64,000 nt of DNA from Thermodesulfobacteriota bacterium (GTDB lineage: Bacteria > Desulfobacterota > Desulfobacteria > Desulfobacterales > C00003060). Shown here piece after piece: positions 20,664-31,729 of the stretch. A program made the translations under genes and the position numbers. Each line of letters begins with the position of its first letter. Positions within the stretch are counted from its first letter, which is position 1. The stretch spans positions 64,001 to 128,000 of the forward strand of contig JAXHVD010000006.1 of assembly GCA_034189385.1 (NCBI GenBank). Reading direction: 5' to 3'. Below the pieces are notes generated by a model. The model saw only the letters and a list, made by a program, of their open reading frames with translations, was not told where the DNA came from and did not search any database.

Positions 20664-22739
20664 ATGAAACCCCTTGAAATCATCCGCTCGCGCATTTTCT
20701 TCTTCTGCCGCAGCAACTCTGTGCTTGCCTTCCTTGTGTCGTGTTTCTTCATGGCAGTCTTTGTTCCCGGCTCAGGCGTCGTGCTTGCAGAAGAACTGGG
20801 GCAAGCGGAAAGGGAAACCAGCAACACAGAAGCATATCCGCGGTTTGAGCTGGACGAGGTCGTGGTGACTTCCACCCCCATCCAAGAGCCGGTCAAAGCG
20901 ATCCCGCGACATGTGACCGTGATAACAAGTGAGGACATTGAACAAGCGCCGAGCAATAACGTGGTTGAACTTCTTGCGAGAGAGGCAAACGTCAATCTGA
21001 AAAGTTTTTTTGGTCATGACAAGCAAGCCGGTATTGATATTCGCGGGATGGGAGAAACCAGCGTGAGCAACGTCATTGTTATGGTCGATGGCTTCAGGCT
21101 GAACCCCCCTGACCTCGCAGGTGTTGATTTTGCGTCCGTATCCTTGGAACAAATTGAGCGAATCGAGATCGTTCGCGGGGCCGCATCTGTGGTCTACGGT
21201 GATGGCGCTGTTGGAGGAGTCGTTAATATTATTATGAAGAAAGGGAAAAGAGAGCCTGAGGCCCGTCTGTACAGCGCTTATGGCACTGACGAAACCTTTG
21301 ACGAGAGAGCATCGTACGGGGGACAGGTAGAAGATTTTGACTTCAACATTAATGGTACTTACTACGACTCTGACGGATATCGAGACAATGGGTTTCTGGA
21401 AAAGAAGGATGCCGCCGCTCGGTTTGGCTACGATTTGAACGATTACGTCAGGGCGTCATTATCTGCTTCATATCATCATGATGAGTATGGTCTACCGGGC
21501 AACGTCCCGATTGAGGACATAGACTCAAGAAGCCGCCGAAAGGAAACCGACAGGCCTGATGATTTTGGAGAAACCGTCGACAGACGGGTCATGGGCAGCC
21601 TTGATACAGACCTGGTTGAATGGGGCTTCTTCAAAATCAACGGTGCATATCGTCAACGGGACAACGATTTCATTCTCGGGTACACCCCCTTGAAGAGCAA
21701 GAGTAATCAAACAAGCAAGATTGACGAAGAGACGAAGAGTCTGGATGTAAAGTATGTGAAGGAATATGGTCTTTGGGGTTTGGAACATGACTTCCAGGCA
21801 GGCCTGGATTACTACCAGACAGATTATATCAGTGCAAGAATAGATCAGAAAAGAAGACATAACAGCGATGTTTACAGCCTGGGCTGCTTCTTCACAAACA
21901 GGCTGTCACTTTCAGAGGATTTGACGGCCCATGTAGGATATCGATATAATATCTACGAGGGCACGTTCCGTGTGGACGATCTGGAGAGATTTGGCTCTGT
22001 GGATAGATGGGTGAATGGAGATGAATTTGACGAGAATTGGCACAATAGTGCCTATGACATTGGCGCTGTCTATTCTCTGACCCATGACACCTCCTTTTTT
22101 GCCAGCTGCGCCATGAGCTTCCGAATTCCAAACGTGGATGAACTGGCCCTCCCAGGTGATAATTTAGAGCCTCAAGAGGGAAGGCACATAGACGTTGGCA
22201 TACGCCACAGGATAGAGGCCTTGGCCGAGGTTTCCCTAACGCTCTTCCACATAGAGATTGAAGACGAGATCTTCTTTGACGCAGACAAGAATGTAAATCG
22301 GAGCTTTGACGAAAAAACAAAGCGGCAAGGCATTGAAGTAGACGTGAAGGCCTACCCAACAGATGCCCTTTATCTCTGGGGCAATTATACCTACATGACA
22401 GCAAGGTTCGACGAAAGCGACAGTTTTGTTCCACTTGTGCCCAGATACCAGGCGTCCGTGGGCGTCGAATGGCAAGTCTTTGACCCTCTGTTGCTTGCCG
22501 TTACAGGGACCTTTGTGGGGTCGCGATACGACGGCAATGATTTGGACAATGATACCTTTGCGAAAATAGATGCTTATGAAGTCTTTGACGTCAAGCTAAC
22601 ATACACACACAACGGCCTGAAATTCTTTGCCGGAGCGAATAATATCTTTGACGAGTTATACGAAACCCTTGCCTTTAGCGAAAGCTACTTCACCATGCCG
22701 ACGCGCAGCTTTTATGGTGGTATAGAATGGGTCTTTTGA
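20664..22739 (+). CDS. btuB: TonB-dependent cobalamin receptor
   Basis: TonB box DEVVVT, plug motif [24 protein letters not shown]-terminal Phe, B12 riboswitch upstream. Confidence 0.88.
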   Translation: MKPLEIIRSRIFFFCRSNSVLAFLVSCFFMAVFVPGSGVVLAEELGQAERETSNTEAYPRFELDEVVVTSTPIQEPVKAIPRHVTVITSEDIEQAPSNNVVELLAREANVNLKSFFGHDKQAGIDIRGMGETSVSNVIVMVDGFRLNPPDLAGVDFASVSLEQIERIEIVRGAASVVYGDGAVGGVVNIIMKKGKREPEARLYSAYGTDETFDERASYGGQVEDFDFNINGTYYDSDGYRDNGFLEKKDAAARFGYDLNDYVRASLSASYHHDEYGLPGNVPIEDIDSRSRRKETDRPDDFGETVDRRVMGSLDTDLVEWGFFKINGAYRQRDNDFILGYTPLKSKSNQTSKIDEETKSLDVKYVKEYGLWGLEHDFQAGLDYYQTDYISARIDQKRRHNSDVYSLGCFFTNRLSLSEDLTAHVGYRYNIYEGTFRVDDLERFGSVDRWVNGDEFDENWHNSAYDIGAVYSLTHDTSFFASCAMSFRIPNVDELALPGDNLEPQEGRHIDVGIRHRIEALAEVSLTLFHIEIEDEIFFDADKNVNRSFDEKTKRQGIEVDVKAYPTDALYLWGNYTYMTARFDESDSFVPLVPRYQASVGVEWQVFDPLLLAVTGTFVGSRYDGNDLDNDTFAKIDAYEVFDVKLTYTHNGLKFFAGANNIFDELYETLAFSESYFTMPTRSFYGGIEWVF

Positions 22740-24397
22740 CGCACCAAGACATTGTGTCTGAAAGCTTCACGACGCGCGCCTTTCTCTTTGTTGCTTTCCT
22801 GCAAATAGCCTTGCCGGCTTCGGTCTTATCCGGGCCCTATCCCCCTGCCGCAGGGGAACCTGGTTCCGCGGCTGTAAGCAAAGGCGATCCCGCCATCATA
22901 GCGTGGGCCACGGGATGGGAGAACTATCTCGTGGGAGAGGAGGTAAGTGAGACGTGGCAGAATCCGCACAAGGCCCTTGGCCCTGCCGAGGGGACATTTT
23001 TTGACATCGTGAGCCTGGGGCGGGGCGGAGAGATCATGCTCACTTTTGATTGGCCTATAAGAAATGGTGAAGGTTGGGATCTTGCCGTATTCGAGAATTC
23101 CTTCAATGATACGTTTTTGGAGTTAGCTTATGTGGAAGTGTCATCAGATGGGACGCATTTTTTGCGCTTTGACAATGATTCCCTCACTGCCGATCCTGTT
23201 GGGGGGTTTGGCGCAATTGACCCAACCGATGTCTATGGCCTGGCAGGGAAGTACAGGCAGGGATTTGGAACGCCGTTCGACCTTCGGGATCTGGCGACGA
23301 AGGAAGCGGTTTTGAATGGCACGGTCAACCTCAGTCGCATTACTCACTTAAGAATCGTGGATATTGTTGGCGACGGAAGCTGCGTCGATACCAGTGGTGA
23401 TGTCATCTTCGATCCATATCCGACGGTGCAGAGTGCCGGGTTTGATCTGGATGCCGTTGGAATCCGTTACGAAAACACCACACCACAGAATAGTGCACCT
23501 GATCCACCTGTATTGTCTGCCCCCCCGAATGAAGCCACGGATGTTTCACTGACGCCCACTCTTGAGACAGAGCCCTTTTCTGATCCTGATGAAGATGACG
23601 TGCACCTGATGACCACATGGCAAATCAGCAAGGCCTCAGATTTTTCGAATCTCCTATTTGAAGCAACAAGTAGTGCACTACTGACTGAGTTGACAATACC
23701 GCGGTTATTGTTGAAGGCAGGCGAGACGTATTACTGGCATGCCAAATTCTACGATGGAGCGGCACTTGATTCCGACTGGTCAGAACTTCATATGTTTCAG
23801 ACAGTCGACCTGTTTGATGATGAAAATGCAAATGGGATTCCTGACGATCAAGAACTAGGGGTTGGCAGCACGGTGGATCTGAACAATGACGGCATGGATG
23901 ACGTGTCCCAGATTGATGATCAATTCAAAGTCTTTAATACGGTGATGGGAGAAGGACAGATCGCTGTTGAGGCGCCAGCAGGTGTCATCATCGAGAGGGT
24001 TGAGTCAATGGATCCAGACGGCATTGCTGATATCACTTCTAAACCGGATTCGATACCGTTGGGGCTGGTAGGCTTGATATTGAAGGTCCCTAATCCTGGC
24101 AACAAGGTTACTGTTATAGTCTATCTCTCTGAAGCATCACAGGAGAATGCGAGATGGCACCGACATGATTCGATCCGCGGGTGGAGCGAGTATCCAAATG
24201 CTACCTTTAGCCAAGATAGGCGGTCAGTGACCTTAGAATTCCAGGATGGCGCCCACGGGGACGCAGATGGCGCAGAAAACACATGGATAGTGGACGCTTC
24301 AGGCGTTGGCTCCTTTGTGTCGCCAGAGCCACCAGAAAGCGGAAAGGGTGGTGTAAGTGGTAACGGCTGCTTTGTTTCCACACTGCTATGTCAATAG
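22727..24397 (+). CDS. Surface protein: BtuH-like domain, Fn3-like domain, choice-of-anchor-U-like domain, GCF C-terminal motif
   Basis: SLGRGG..LTF...NG...DLAVFENSF...[11 protein letters not shown]; DxNxNG Ca loops; [17 protein letters not shown]; ends [13 protein letters not shown]; overlaps btuB stop. Confidence 0.7.
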   Translation: MGLLTHQDIVSESFTTRAFLFVAFLQIALPASVLSGPYPPAAGEPGSAAVSKGDPAIIAWATGWENYLVGEEVSETWQNPHKALGPAEGTFFDIVSLGRGGEIMLTFDWPIRNGEGWDLAVFENSFNDTFLELAYVEVSSDGTHFLRFDNDSLTADPVGGFGAIDPTDVYGLAGKYRQGFGTPFDLRDLATKEAVLNGTVNLSRITHLRIVDIVGDGSCVDTSGDVIFDPYPTVQSAGFDLDAVGIRYENTTPQNSAPDPPVLSAPPNEATDVSLTPTLETEPFSDPDEDDVHLMTTWQISKASDFSNLLFEATSSALLTELTIPRLLLKAGETYYWHAKFYDGAALDSDWSELHMFQTVDLFDDENANGIPDDQELGVGSTVDLNNDGMDDVSQIDDQFKVFNTVMGEGQIAVEAPAGVIIERVESMDPDGIADITSKPDSIPLGLVGLILKVPNPGNKVTVIVYLSEASQENARWHRHDSIRGWSEYPNATFSQDRRSVTLEFQDGAHGDADGAENTWIVDASGVGSFVSPEPPESGKGGVSGNGCFVSTLLCQ

Positions 24398-24412
24398 TCA
24401 TGCCGAAAAGCC

Positions 24413-25426
24413 CTAGCCCTTGTGTCTCAGTAGGATTCTAATAAAGACAGGGCCTCCTACAATGGCCGTGATGATGCCTACGGGCATCTCTGTGGGAGCC
24501 ACGACCGTGCGGGCCACGAGGTCACACAGGGTTAGGAAGGCGCCCCCCAGGCAGAAACAGGCTGGGAGCACCAGCCGATGGTCCGCGCCGGACAGGCGCC
24601 GCACCCCATGGGGGATGATCAGGCCCACGAACCCGATGGGACCGGAAAGAGATACGGCCGCCGCTGTGATGAGCCCCATTCCGATAATGACCTTCTTCTG
24701 CACAGCGGCTACTTGTACGCCGTGGCCTGCCGCCATGTCCCCTCCAAAGGCGAGCAGGTTCAGGGCATGCCCCTGAAAGAGGAGCAAACCCAGGCCCGGA
24801 ATCATGAGGGGTGCCAGGGTGAGCAACTCCCCGTAGCCTACCACGTCGAGCCCGCCCATGATCCATCGATCCATGGTAACGAGAAGATGGGGGCTTGCCA
24901 GATACCGGATAAGCAGAATGGCGGCCCCGCAAAGGATGTTGACGGTCACTCCGGCCAGGAGGATCGTGGCCATGGACACGCCTGCTGTCCTTGACGCCAC
25001 ACGATAAATCACCAAAATGGCGGCAAGACAACCGGCCAGGCTGAAGACCTGGACTGTGGACAGGGGGCCAAGGCGAAAGAAAAGGCCGGGGACCGAGATA
25101 GCCAGCACAGCGCCCACAGCCCCACTGCCCGACACGCCAAGGATAAACGGCTCGGCCAAGGGATTGCGAAGGGCGACCTGAAGGGCGCCCCCGGCCACGG
25201 CCAAGGTCCCGCCGACGGCAAAAGCCAGCATCACGCGAGGGATGCGGTGGTAGAAGAAGATATCGAAGTCCACGTTGGGTGCAGAAGAGAAGAGCCCGGC
25301 CAGGATTCGGGAGACCGACACGTGTTCTGTCCCCACAAGGGGAGCCACGGCCAGGACCGCCAGGGCGAGCAGCCCGTAGCCCACCAGGGCCGTTATGAGT
25401 CGCCGAGGGGTCATGACAGAGGTCAC
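24413..25426 (-). CDS. btuC: Cobalamin ABC transporter permease (FecCD family)
   Basis: RIPR, RNPLAEP and GPIGFVGLIIPH motifs. Confidence 0.9.
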   Translation of the reverse strand: MTSVMTPRRLITALVGYGLLALAVLAVAPLVGTEHVSVSRILAGLFSSAPNVDFDIFFYHRIPRVMLAFAVGGTLAVAGGALQVALRNPLAEPFILGVSGSGAVGAVLAISVPGLFFRLGPLSTVQVFSLAGCLAAILVIYRVASRTAGVSMATILLAGVTVNILCGAAILLIRYLASPHLLVTMDRWIMGGLDVVGYGELLTLAPLMIPGLGLLLFQGHALNLLAFGGDMAAGHGVQVAAVQKKVIIGMGLITAAAVSLSGPIGFVGLIIPHGVRRLSGADHRLVLPACFCLGGAFLTLCDLVARTVVAPTEMPVGIITAIVGGPVFIRILLRHKG

Positions 25427-26235
25427 GGCGCGGTCTCCCCCTCTTTTTTATTCCCCGTTGCCGGGAGCACGACCGGCCTGTTGGTTGTGGGATGGCGTGA
25501 TACAACGATTTCCTCGCCATAGACTTCGTAGAGGATGTCTGGGGTCAAGAGGTCGCCGGGAGGACCCTTGTGGGTGATGGCGCCTCCGCTTACAAGGAGG
25601 AGGCGATGACTGAAGAGCCCTGCCAGGTTCAGCTCGTGGGTAACCACCACCACACCCACACCCGAGGCCACCAGATCGGACAGAAGATTGAAGAACCGAA
25701 CCTGGTGATGGATGTCCAGGGCGCCCGTGGGTTCATCTAGAAGGAGCACTTCCGGCTCCTGGGCGATAACCGAGGCGAGGAGCACACGCTGCATCTCTCC
25801 GCCGGAAAGATGAGACAGCGGGCGGGTCCGTAAGGCTTCGGTCCGGGTCTGAAGAAGGGCGCGATCCACTGCTTTCATGTCTTGAGCCGTGAGAAAACCG
25901 AACCCCTTGGCATGAGGAAAACGGCCCATGGCCACCACGTCTTCCACGGCGTAGTCGAAAAAGGTCTCCACCTGCTGGGGAAGGTAGGCCACATGGCATG
26001 CCATCTTCCTTCGGGTCATCTCTGCCGTCGGCCTTCCTTTCAAGCGAACGGCGCCGGCCTGAGGGGTGAGGACGCCTGCGGTTAGCTTAAGAAGGGTGGT
26101 CTTGCCCGAGCCGTTAGGGCCGATGATGCCCAGGATCTCCCCCTCTTGAACAGAAAAAGAACAGGGGCCCAGACGCCAGTCACTGCCGGCGTAACCATAG
26201 GTGACATCTTCCACGGTCAGAAGATCACTGGGCAT
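25423..26235 (-). CDS. btuD: Cobalamin ABC transporter ATPase
   Basis: GPNGSGKT, LSGGE and LLLDEPT motifs. Confidence 0.9.
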   Translation of the reverse strand: MPSDLLTVEDVTYGYAGSDWRLGPCSFSVQEGEILGIIGPNGSGKTTLLKLTAGVLTPQAGAVRLKGRPTAEMTRRKMACHVAYLPQQVETFFDYAVEDVVAMGRFPHAKGFGFLTAQDMKAVDRALLQTRTEALRTRPLSHLSGGEMQRVLLASVIAQEPEVLLLDEPTGALDIHHQVRFFNLLSDLVASGVGVVVVTHELNLAGLFSHRLLLVSGGAITHKGPPGDLLTPDILYEVYGEEIVVSRHPTTNRPVVLPATGNKKEGETAP

Positions 26236-27164
26236 TATTCATCTCCGTCCATCTCTGGATGGAGCGCTTGAGCGATGGCCCTGACGGCAAGGCCCATGCG
26301 GGGACCGGGTACGAGAAGAAAGTCGTCGGTGAGGATATGGATTCTGCCGGACTGGACAGCCGGGACGGTCCGAAGCACCTGCCAGTCTGAGATGAGGGCC
26401 CTTTTCTGCTCATGCGACACCTCCTCGCCCGGTCTTAGCTCCAGAATTATTTCTGGTTTGCGCTTGATCAGGCTCTCCTTGGAGACCTCAGGGTAGGGGA
26501 CGGCAACGTCCTCAAAGATGCTCCCTCCTCCCGCCGCTTCCAGGAGTTCTCCCACGTAGCTTCCTTTTCCTGCCGTTCCAAGGCCGGAGAGCCCTGCGGA
26601 AGATCGCCACAAACAGACAAAGACCCTGGGCCGCTGGTAGACGGATACCTTCTTGCGAAGGGCCCCCAGATCCTCGCCGATGTTTCTACAAAGGCGAGCG
26701 GCCCGTTGCGGGCACTGAAAGACCTCGCCAAGCTGGGTGATGGCACTAAAGACCGAAGAGAGGCTCTCCATGGCCACGTGGACCACCCGGATCCCTTTGT
26801 CTCTGCAAAAGGTGTCCACCTTTTCATGTTTGCCATGGAGGAGAATCAGATCCGGACGGAGGGCCAGGAGCCTTTCTAGGTTTGGATTCACGTATCCGCC
26901 CACCCTGGGCAGTGCTCTTGCTTCCGAAGGGAAGTTATCAAAGTCACTGACGCCCACGAGACAGTGTCCCTGCCCCAAGGCGAAGATCGTTTCTGTGATA
27001 TTTGGCCCAAGGGAAACGGCCCGAAGAATAGGTTCGGGGCACGCTTCCTGGGCGTCCAAGGCGTCACCTTGGCACGACGTGAGCAATGCAAGGCAAACCA
27101 CCAGGCCAAGGATGGCGGCCAAAGCACCGATCGTCCGTTTTCTGAAAACGCCCATGGTGCACAT
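26235..27164 (-). CDS. btuF: Cobalamin-binding periplasmic lipoprotein
   Basis: Lipobox LTSC; SLGPNITE, PNLERLLALRPD and PGPR motifs; riboswitch upstream. Confidence 0.88.
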   Translation of the reverse strand: MCTMGVFRKRTIGALAAILGLVVCLALLTSCQGDALDAQEACPEPILRAVSLGPNITETIFALGQGHCLVGVSDFDNFPSEARALPRVGGYVNPNLERLLALRPDLILLHGKHEKVDTFCRDKGIRVVHVAMESLSSVFSAITQLGEVFQCPQRAARLCRNIGEDLGALRKKVSVYQRPRVFVCLWRSSAGLSGLGTAGKGSYVGELLEAAGGGSIFEDVAVPYPEVSKESLIKRKPEIILELRPGEEVSHEQKRALISDWQVLRTVPAVQSGRIHILTDDFLLVPGPRMGLAVRAIAQALHPEMDGDE

Positions 27165-27176
27165 CTCCCTAAGATG

Positions 27177-27207
27177 AAAAAACCCCAGACTGGCGGCCAG
27201 CCTGGGG
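27177..27207 (-). terminator. Riboswitch expression-platform terminator before btuF
   Basis: CCCCAGGCTGG/CCAGTCTGGGG stem followed by T6 on the minus strand. Confidence 0.8.
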
Positions 27208-27266
27208 ATGTCCCTTTTTTATCCTCACACTGTTTGAGCGTCTGCAGCCCCACCCCGAAGCCGCTT

Positions 27267-27390
27267 ATACCAAGTCGCATTCAAATCCTAGCTGCGTTGG
27301 CCTCGTCGGTTCTGTCCTCGACGTATTGCATATACGCCTGCGGGAAAACCTCCTTGTCGGCTTGCTATCTTTTTGAATGCAACTTGGTAT
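27267..27390. mobile_element. ERIC-like MITE (~124 bp)
   Basis: 19-bp TIR ATACCAAGTCGCATTCAAA / TTTGAATGCAACTTGGTAT (18 of 19); flanks compatible with a TA or TTA duplication; no ORF. Confidence 0.8.
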
Positions 27391-27406
27391 TACACACGTT
27401 CTCTTT

Positions 27407-27583
27407 GTGGCAGGTCTTCTGGCTTCCCCTCCCTTTCAGCGGCCTTCCCATTCCGATGTAGTTGAAACAGTGGTCAAAGAATGCCGAAAGGGTTCCCTCT
27501 TAAGCAAAGGAGGGAGAGGTAACAGCGGCGGGCCCGCTCCCGAGTTTCACGGGATTCCCTATTAAGCCCTAGGAGGCACCACG
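27407..27583 (-). ncRNA. Cobalamin riboswitch (btuFDC leader)
   Basis: Minus strand GGTGCC...AATAGGGAA...GCCCGCCGCTGT...CCACTG...GGGAAGG...AGCCAGAAGACCTGCC. Confidence 0.95.
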
Positions 27584-27683
27584 TTGCTTTTGTTATGCCA
27601 GCCCTTCTTTTCTGTCAATAGAAAACAGGTGTTCCTCTGAATCCGTAATCGAATGACTTACCTGAAGACTGCGGATGGGTCTT

Positions 27684-29312
27684 TCACTCTGGTTCAAAGA
27701 GGTCCACGAATTCGAACCGCTGCCCGTCAAAGAGCCCTTTGTCGCTTAGTTTGAGTTCCGGAATGACCAAGAGGGCCATAAAGGAAAGGGTCATAAACGG
27801 GGCCTTCAATGTTGCGCCAAGCGCTTTTGCACGCCCATCCAGGTGGGCATATGCCTTGGCCACTTCAAAGCCGTCTTTGTTGGACATGAGCCCGGCGACG
27901 GGTAGGGCAAGGGTCTCCACAAGATCATCGTGAACGACCGCAAGGCCCCCTTTGTTCTCAATCACCCTATTGACGGCGCGGCAAATATCTTCATCAGAGA
28001 CCCCAACGGCCACGACATTGTGAGAATCATGGGCCACCGATGCGGAAATGGCCCCTTTTTTCAGGCCGAAGTTCTTTACAAAGCCGATGGCAGGAGGCAC
28101 GTCTTGGTAACGGTTTACTACGGCAAGCTTCAGGATATCTCTTTCGGGGTCAGAAACCGCAAAGCCGTTTTCCACCCGCGGCTTCTGCCGGTTTCTCCCT
28201 GTCATCACCTGCCCGTCAATGGCCTCTATCACGTTGATGATCTCTCCGGTCGTTTGAACCTTAAAGTCTGACGTCTGCTTTTCCCGTGCACGAAAGTCAT
28301 TAACAACCCTTGATGGAACCCTTGGAAGCAGCGTTTTCCCTCTTTCAGCCACCTTCACTCCATTGATATAGGTGGCCAGGATGTTGAAATCCTCAAAATT
28401 GTCTATGACCAGAAAGTCGGCCCAATCTCCTTTTTGAAGAAGACCCACGTCCAAGCCGTAGTGGCGGACGGGATTCACACACGCACACTTCAACACCTTC
28501 ATCTTGTCGAAACCCAATGCCAAGGCCCTTTTTGCCAGTGCATTGATTTGCCCCATAACCAGATCATCAGGGTGCTTGTCATCGCTGCAAAGCATGGACA
28601 TGTCATTGTACTCATCAATGGCAAAGCTCAAGGTATCGAAGTTCTTGGCTGCCGAGCCCTCGCGAATATGAAGCTTCATCCCCAGTTTCAGCTTCTGCAA
28701 GGCCTCGTCTTTTTCGATGGTTTCATGATCTGTCTCTATCCCGGCCTTCACGTATTTCTCAAGCATCTCCCCCTTCACCCCAGGGGCGTGGCCGTCGATG
28801 CGCTTTTTGTATTTCTTGGCCAAGGCGATCTTGGCCAACACCTCCGGATCTTGATAGACTACGCCAGGATAATTCATCACTTCGCTCAGGAATTTGATCT
28901 CGTCTCTTTTCAAAAGCATTTCTACGGCTTCCGGTCCCAGCTCGGCCCCTGCCGTCTCAAAGTTGGTGGCAGGCACACAAGAAGGTGCACCAAAGTAAAA
29001 TTTCAACGGCACCTTCTGCCCATCCTCAATCATGTAATCCACCCCATCGATTCCCAACACGTTGGCAATCTCGTGAGGATCAGAAACCGTTGCCACCGTT
29101 CCGTGAATAACTGCTAGCCTGGCAAATTCAGAAGGAGTAAGCATGGAGCTCTCGATATGCACATGGGCATCAATGAGGCCAGGTATAATGAAGATATCGT
29201 AATGACTACGGTCTCGTGTGATGTCTACTATTTTGCCATTGGAAACCTTTAACGTCCCCGGATAGGTCTCCGAGTTCAAGGCATCCACAATATTGCCTGA
29301 AATCGTTTTCAT
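27684..29312 (-). CDS. ade: Adenine deaminase
   Basis: DAHVHIESS, DPHEIANV, DGHAP, REGSAA, SDDKHP and AHDSHN motifs. Confidence 0.95.
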   Translation of the reverse strand: MKTISGNIVDALNSETYPGTLKVSNGKIVDITRDRSHYDIFIIPGLIDAHVHIESSMLTPSEFARLAVIHGTVATVSDPHEIANVLGIDGVDYMIEDGQKVPLKFYFGAPSCVPATNFETAGAELGPEAVEMLLKRDEIKFLSEVMNYPGVVYQDPEVLAKIALAKKYKKRIDGHAPGVKGEMLEKYVKAGIETDHETIEKDEALQKLKLGMKLHIREGSAAKNFDTLSFAIDEYNDMSMLCSDDKHPDDLVMGQINALAKRALALGFDKMKVLKCACVNPVRHYGLDVGLLQKGDWADFLVIDNFEDFNILATYINGVKVAERGKTLLPRVPSRVVNDFRAREKQTSDFKVQTTGEIINVIEAIDGQVMTGRNRQKPRVENGFAVSDPERDILKLAVVNRYQDVPPAIGFVKNFGLKKGAISASVAHDSHNVVAVGVSDEDICRAVNRVIENKGGLAVVHDDLVETLALPVAGLMSNKDGFEVAKAYAHLDGRAKALGATLKAPFMTLSFMALLVIPELKLSDKGLFDGQRFEFVDLFEPE

Positions 29313-29492
29313 GTCCTCTTCCATCCTGCGAACAAATGAACTACCCAGCACCACACTGCGGGCATCATGCCATGCCCAGCACCATACATATTTATAACGA
29401 TTATGGGATGTTGTCAACAATGGCGCCTGCGAGAGGAGAGAATGAGGGCTTGGCAAGATTCGTGTAGGAATGTGTTAGGAAAGGCAGGAATC

Positions 29493-30590
29493 CTAGTTGC
29501 TAAACATCTTTTTCAACTTGCTGGAAAGCTTCTTTGATTCGAGGGCGGCAAACTCTTTGAGGAGGGCTTCTTGTTTTTTGGTGATACCTGTAGGGGTCTT
29601 GACCATCACCTGAATGATCTGATCCCCCCTGCCGTAGCCCCTCAAGGACGGAATCCCTTCGCCTCTAAAACGAAAGACCTCTCCCGGCTGGGTTCCCTTG
29701 GGGATGTGAAGCTCCTTGTCTCCGTTTAGGGTGGGCACAGTAATGTCGTCACCAAGCGTGGCCTGGACAAAAGAGATTGGGATCTGGCAGATCACATCAT
29801 TGTTGTTTCGTTTGAAGAACTCATGGGGTTCAACGTGGACATAGATGTAGAGGTCCCCGGGCGGGCCGCCGCGGGTACCGCTTTCCCCTTCACCGGTCAG
29901 TCTCAGCCTTGAGCCCGTGTCCACCCCGGCCGGCATTTTGACAGAGACCTTTTTCTTGCGCTCAACCTGTCCTGTCCCACGGCATTCTTTGCAGGGATGT
30001 GTTATTTTCCGGCCTTCACCCCGACAATAGGGGCAGGTGGTTCGGATGCTGAAAAAGCCCTGACTGCGACTGATTTGGCCGCTTCCGCCGCAATGGTGAC
30101 AATTCTCCGGCGAGGTCCCAGGCTCACAGCCCGTGCCCTCACAAGCCTCACAGCTTTCCAGCTTTTCGATCTCAATCTCCGTCTCCACCCCAAAGGCTGC
30201 GTCCATGAAGCTCACGGAAAGATCGTATCTGAGATCTGCCCCTCGCCGTGCTGCCGTCCGATTACGCCTGCCGGTGCCAAATCCAAAAAAATCCTCAAAG
30301 ATGTCGCCGAAGCTGGAAAATATGTCCTCAAATCCTCTGAACCCGGAAAATCCGGTCCCTTGAAGGCCTTCATGGCCATACTGGTCGTAGATACTTCTCT
30401 TTTGGGAGTCTCTTAAGACCTCGTAGGCCTCGGCGGCTTCCTTGAAGTTTTCTTCAGCTTCCTTGTCACCGGGATTGCGGTCTGGATGGTACTTCAGGGC
30501 CAATTTTCGATAATTGGACTTGATCTGGTCATCATCGGCGTCTCGACTAACACCGAGGACCTCGTAATAATCCCGCTTATTGGTCATCAT
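29493..30590 (-). CDS. dnaJ: Chaperone DnaJ
   Basis: J-domain with HPD, G/F region, four CxxCxGxG repeats. Confidence 0.97.
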   Translation of the reverse strand: MMTNKRDYYEVLGVSRDADDDQIKSNYRKLALKYHPDRNPGDKEAEENFKEAAEAYEVLRDSQKRSIYDQYGHEGLQGTGFSGFRGFEDIFSSFGDIFEDFFGFGTGRRNRTAARRGADLRYDLSVSFMDAAFGVETEIEIEKLESCEACEGTGCEPGTSPENCHHCGGSGQISRSQGFFSIRTTCPYCRGEGRKITHPCKECRGTGQVERKKKVSVKMPAGVDTGSRLRLTGEGESGTRGGPPGDLYIYVHVEPHEFFKRNNNDVICQIPISFVQATLGDDITVPTLNGDKELHIPKGTQPGEVFRFRGEGIPSLRGYGRGDQIIQVMVKTPTGITKKQEALLKEFAALESKKLSSKLKKMFSN

Positions 30591-30691
30591 TCTTTCTATG
30601 CCGTACATGCGACAGGGGGGCAGTTGTATTAACCCATAAAAATAATGCAGAAATCCGGTTTGTCAACACATGGCCGCCCCATCTTCAACAT

Positions 30692-31729
30692 CTAGACATT
30701 GAAGCGAAAATAGATCACGTCTCCATCTTGCACCACATAGTCCTTCCCCTCCAGGTGGACCTTGGCCTCCTTCTTGGCCTCCTGGTAGCTGCCTGCGGTG
30801 ATCAAATCATCAAAGGCCAAGACCTCGGCACGGATAAAGCCCTTTTTCATGTCAGAGTGGATCACCCCGGCCCCATCTAATGCCGTTGTCCCCCTGGGAA
30901 TCATCCAACAGCGCACCTCGTCATGAACCACGGTGAAAAATGAGATAAGACCCAGCAAATCACAGGACTGTCGGACAACCCTATCGGCGGCCAGTCCCTT
31001 GACATGATAGGCTTCCAAGAACTCTTCTGCCTCTTCAGGCGAGAGCTCGGCAAGCTCTGTTTCAAGCTTTCCCCGAACCACAACGGCCTTGGTCAGGGCC
31101 GAGGAATCATACCCAGGAGGGTAGTCTTCGTCTTCATCGTCGTTGTTATAGACGATCAGGGCTGGTTTTGCCGAAAGAAAAGTATATCCCCTGAGAAGGG
31201 GGGCTGCGGCCAGTTCAGGATCATCCCGAAGGGGCCTTTCATCCTCCAGGACCTTTCGGCATCTCTCCAGAAGCCCGCGCTCCTCATGGTTGATCTCCTT
31301 GCCCCGTTTTCTGTCCAGGTCCATGCGTTCCATGCGCTTTTCCACGACCACAAGATCAGCAAAGACCATGTCGCTCTCAAGGCTGAGAAGGTCCTCCTGC
31401 GGGTGCGGGGCATCGGCCCCTGGCAAAGAAAAATTGCGCACCACATGGACCAGGGCATCACAGGGACGCACCTCGCTCCAGAGGCCTTCACTTTCCTTCC
31501 TATCTTGGGTCTGAGTCGCGGCCCCCCACGGGAGGATGTATTCCAAATGGACATAGACGGTTTTCTTGGGTTTGAAGAGTTTGGTCAGGGCTTCAACACG
31601 CTCATCGGGGACACAGACGGTGCCGATCAGGGGCGCCTTTTTCCCCCATTCTTCGGGCTTGCTCCCTGTAAGGGCCTGGAAGACCGTGGATCTGCCTGAT
31701 CCTGGAAGACCTATCATCCCGAGTCTCAT
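30692..31729 (-). CDS. ychF: YchF/OLA1-family ATPase, divergent paralog
   Basis: VPDER, IHSD..KGFIRAEV, EGKDYVVQDGD and FRFNV are conserved; nucleotide motifs are atypical. Confidence 0.85.
   Translation of the reverse strand: MRLGMIGLPGSGRSTVFQALTGSKPEEWGKKAPLIGTVCVPDERVEALTKLFKPKKTVYVHLEYILPWGAATQTQDRKESEGLWSEVRPCDALVHVVRNFSLPGADAPHPQEDLLSLESDMVFADLVVVEKRMERMDLDRKRGKEINHEERGLLERCRKVLEDERPLRDDPELAAAPLLRGYTFLSAKPALIVYNNDDEDEDYPPGYDSSALTKAVVVRGKLETELAELSPEEAEEFLEAYHVKGLAADRVVRQSCDLLGLISFFTVVHDEVRCWMIPRGTTALDGAGVIHSDMKKGFIRAEVLAFDDLITAGSYQEAKKEAKVHLEGKDYVVQDGDVIYFRFNV

Noticed and set aside
24522..25520. 332-aa alternative-frame ORF over btuC
   Set aside because: Arg/Pro/Gly-rich shadow frame of a GC-rich gene
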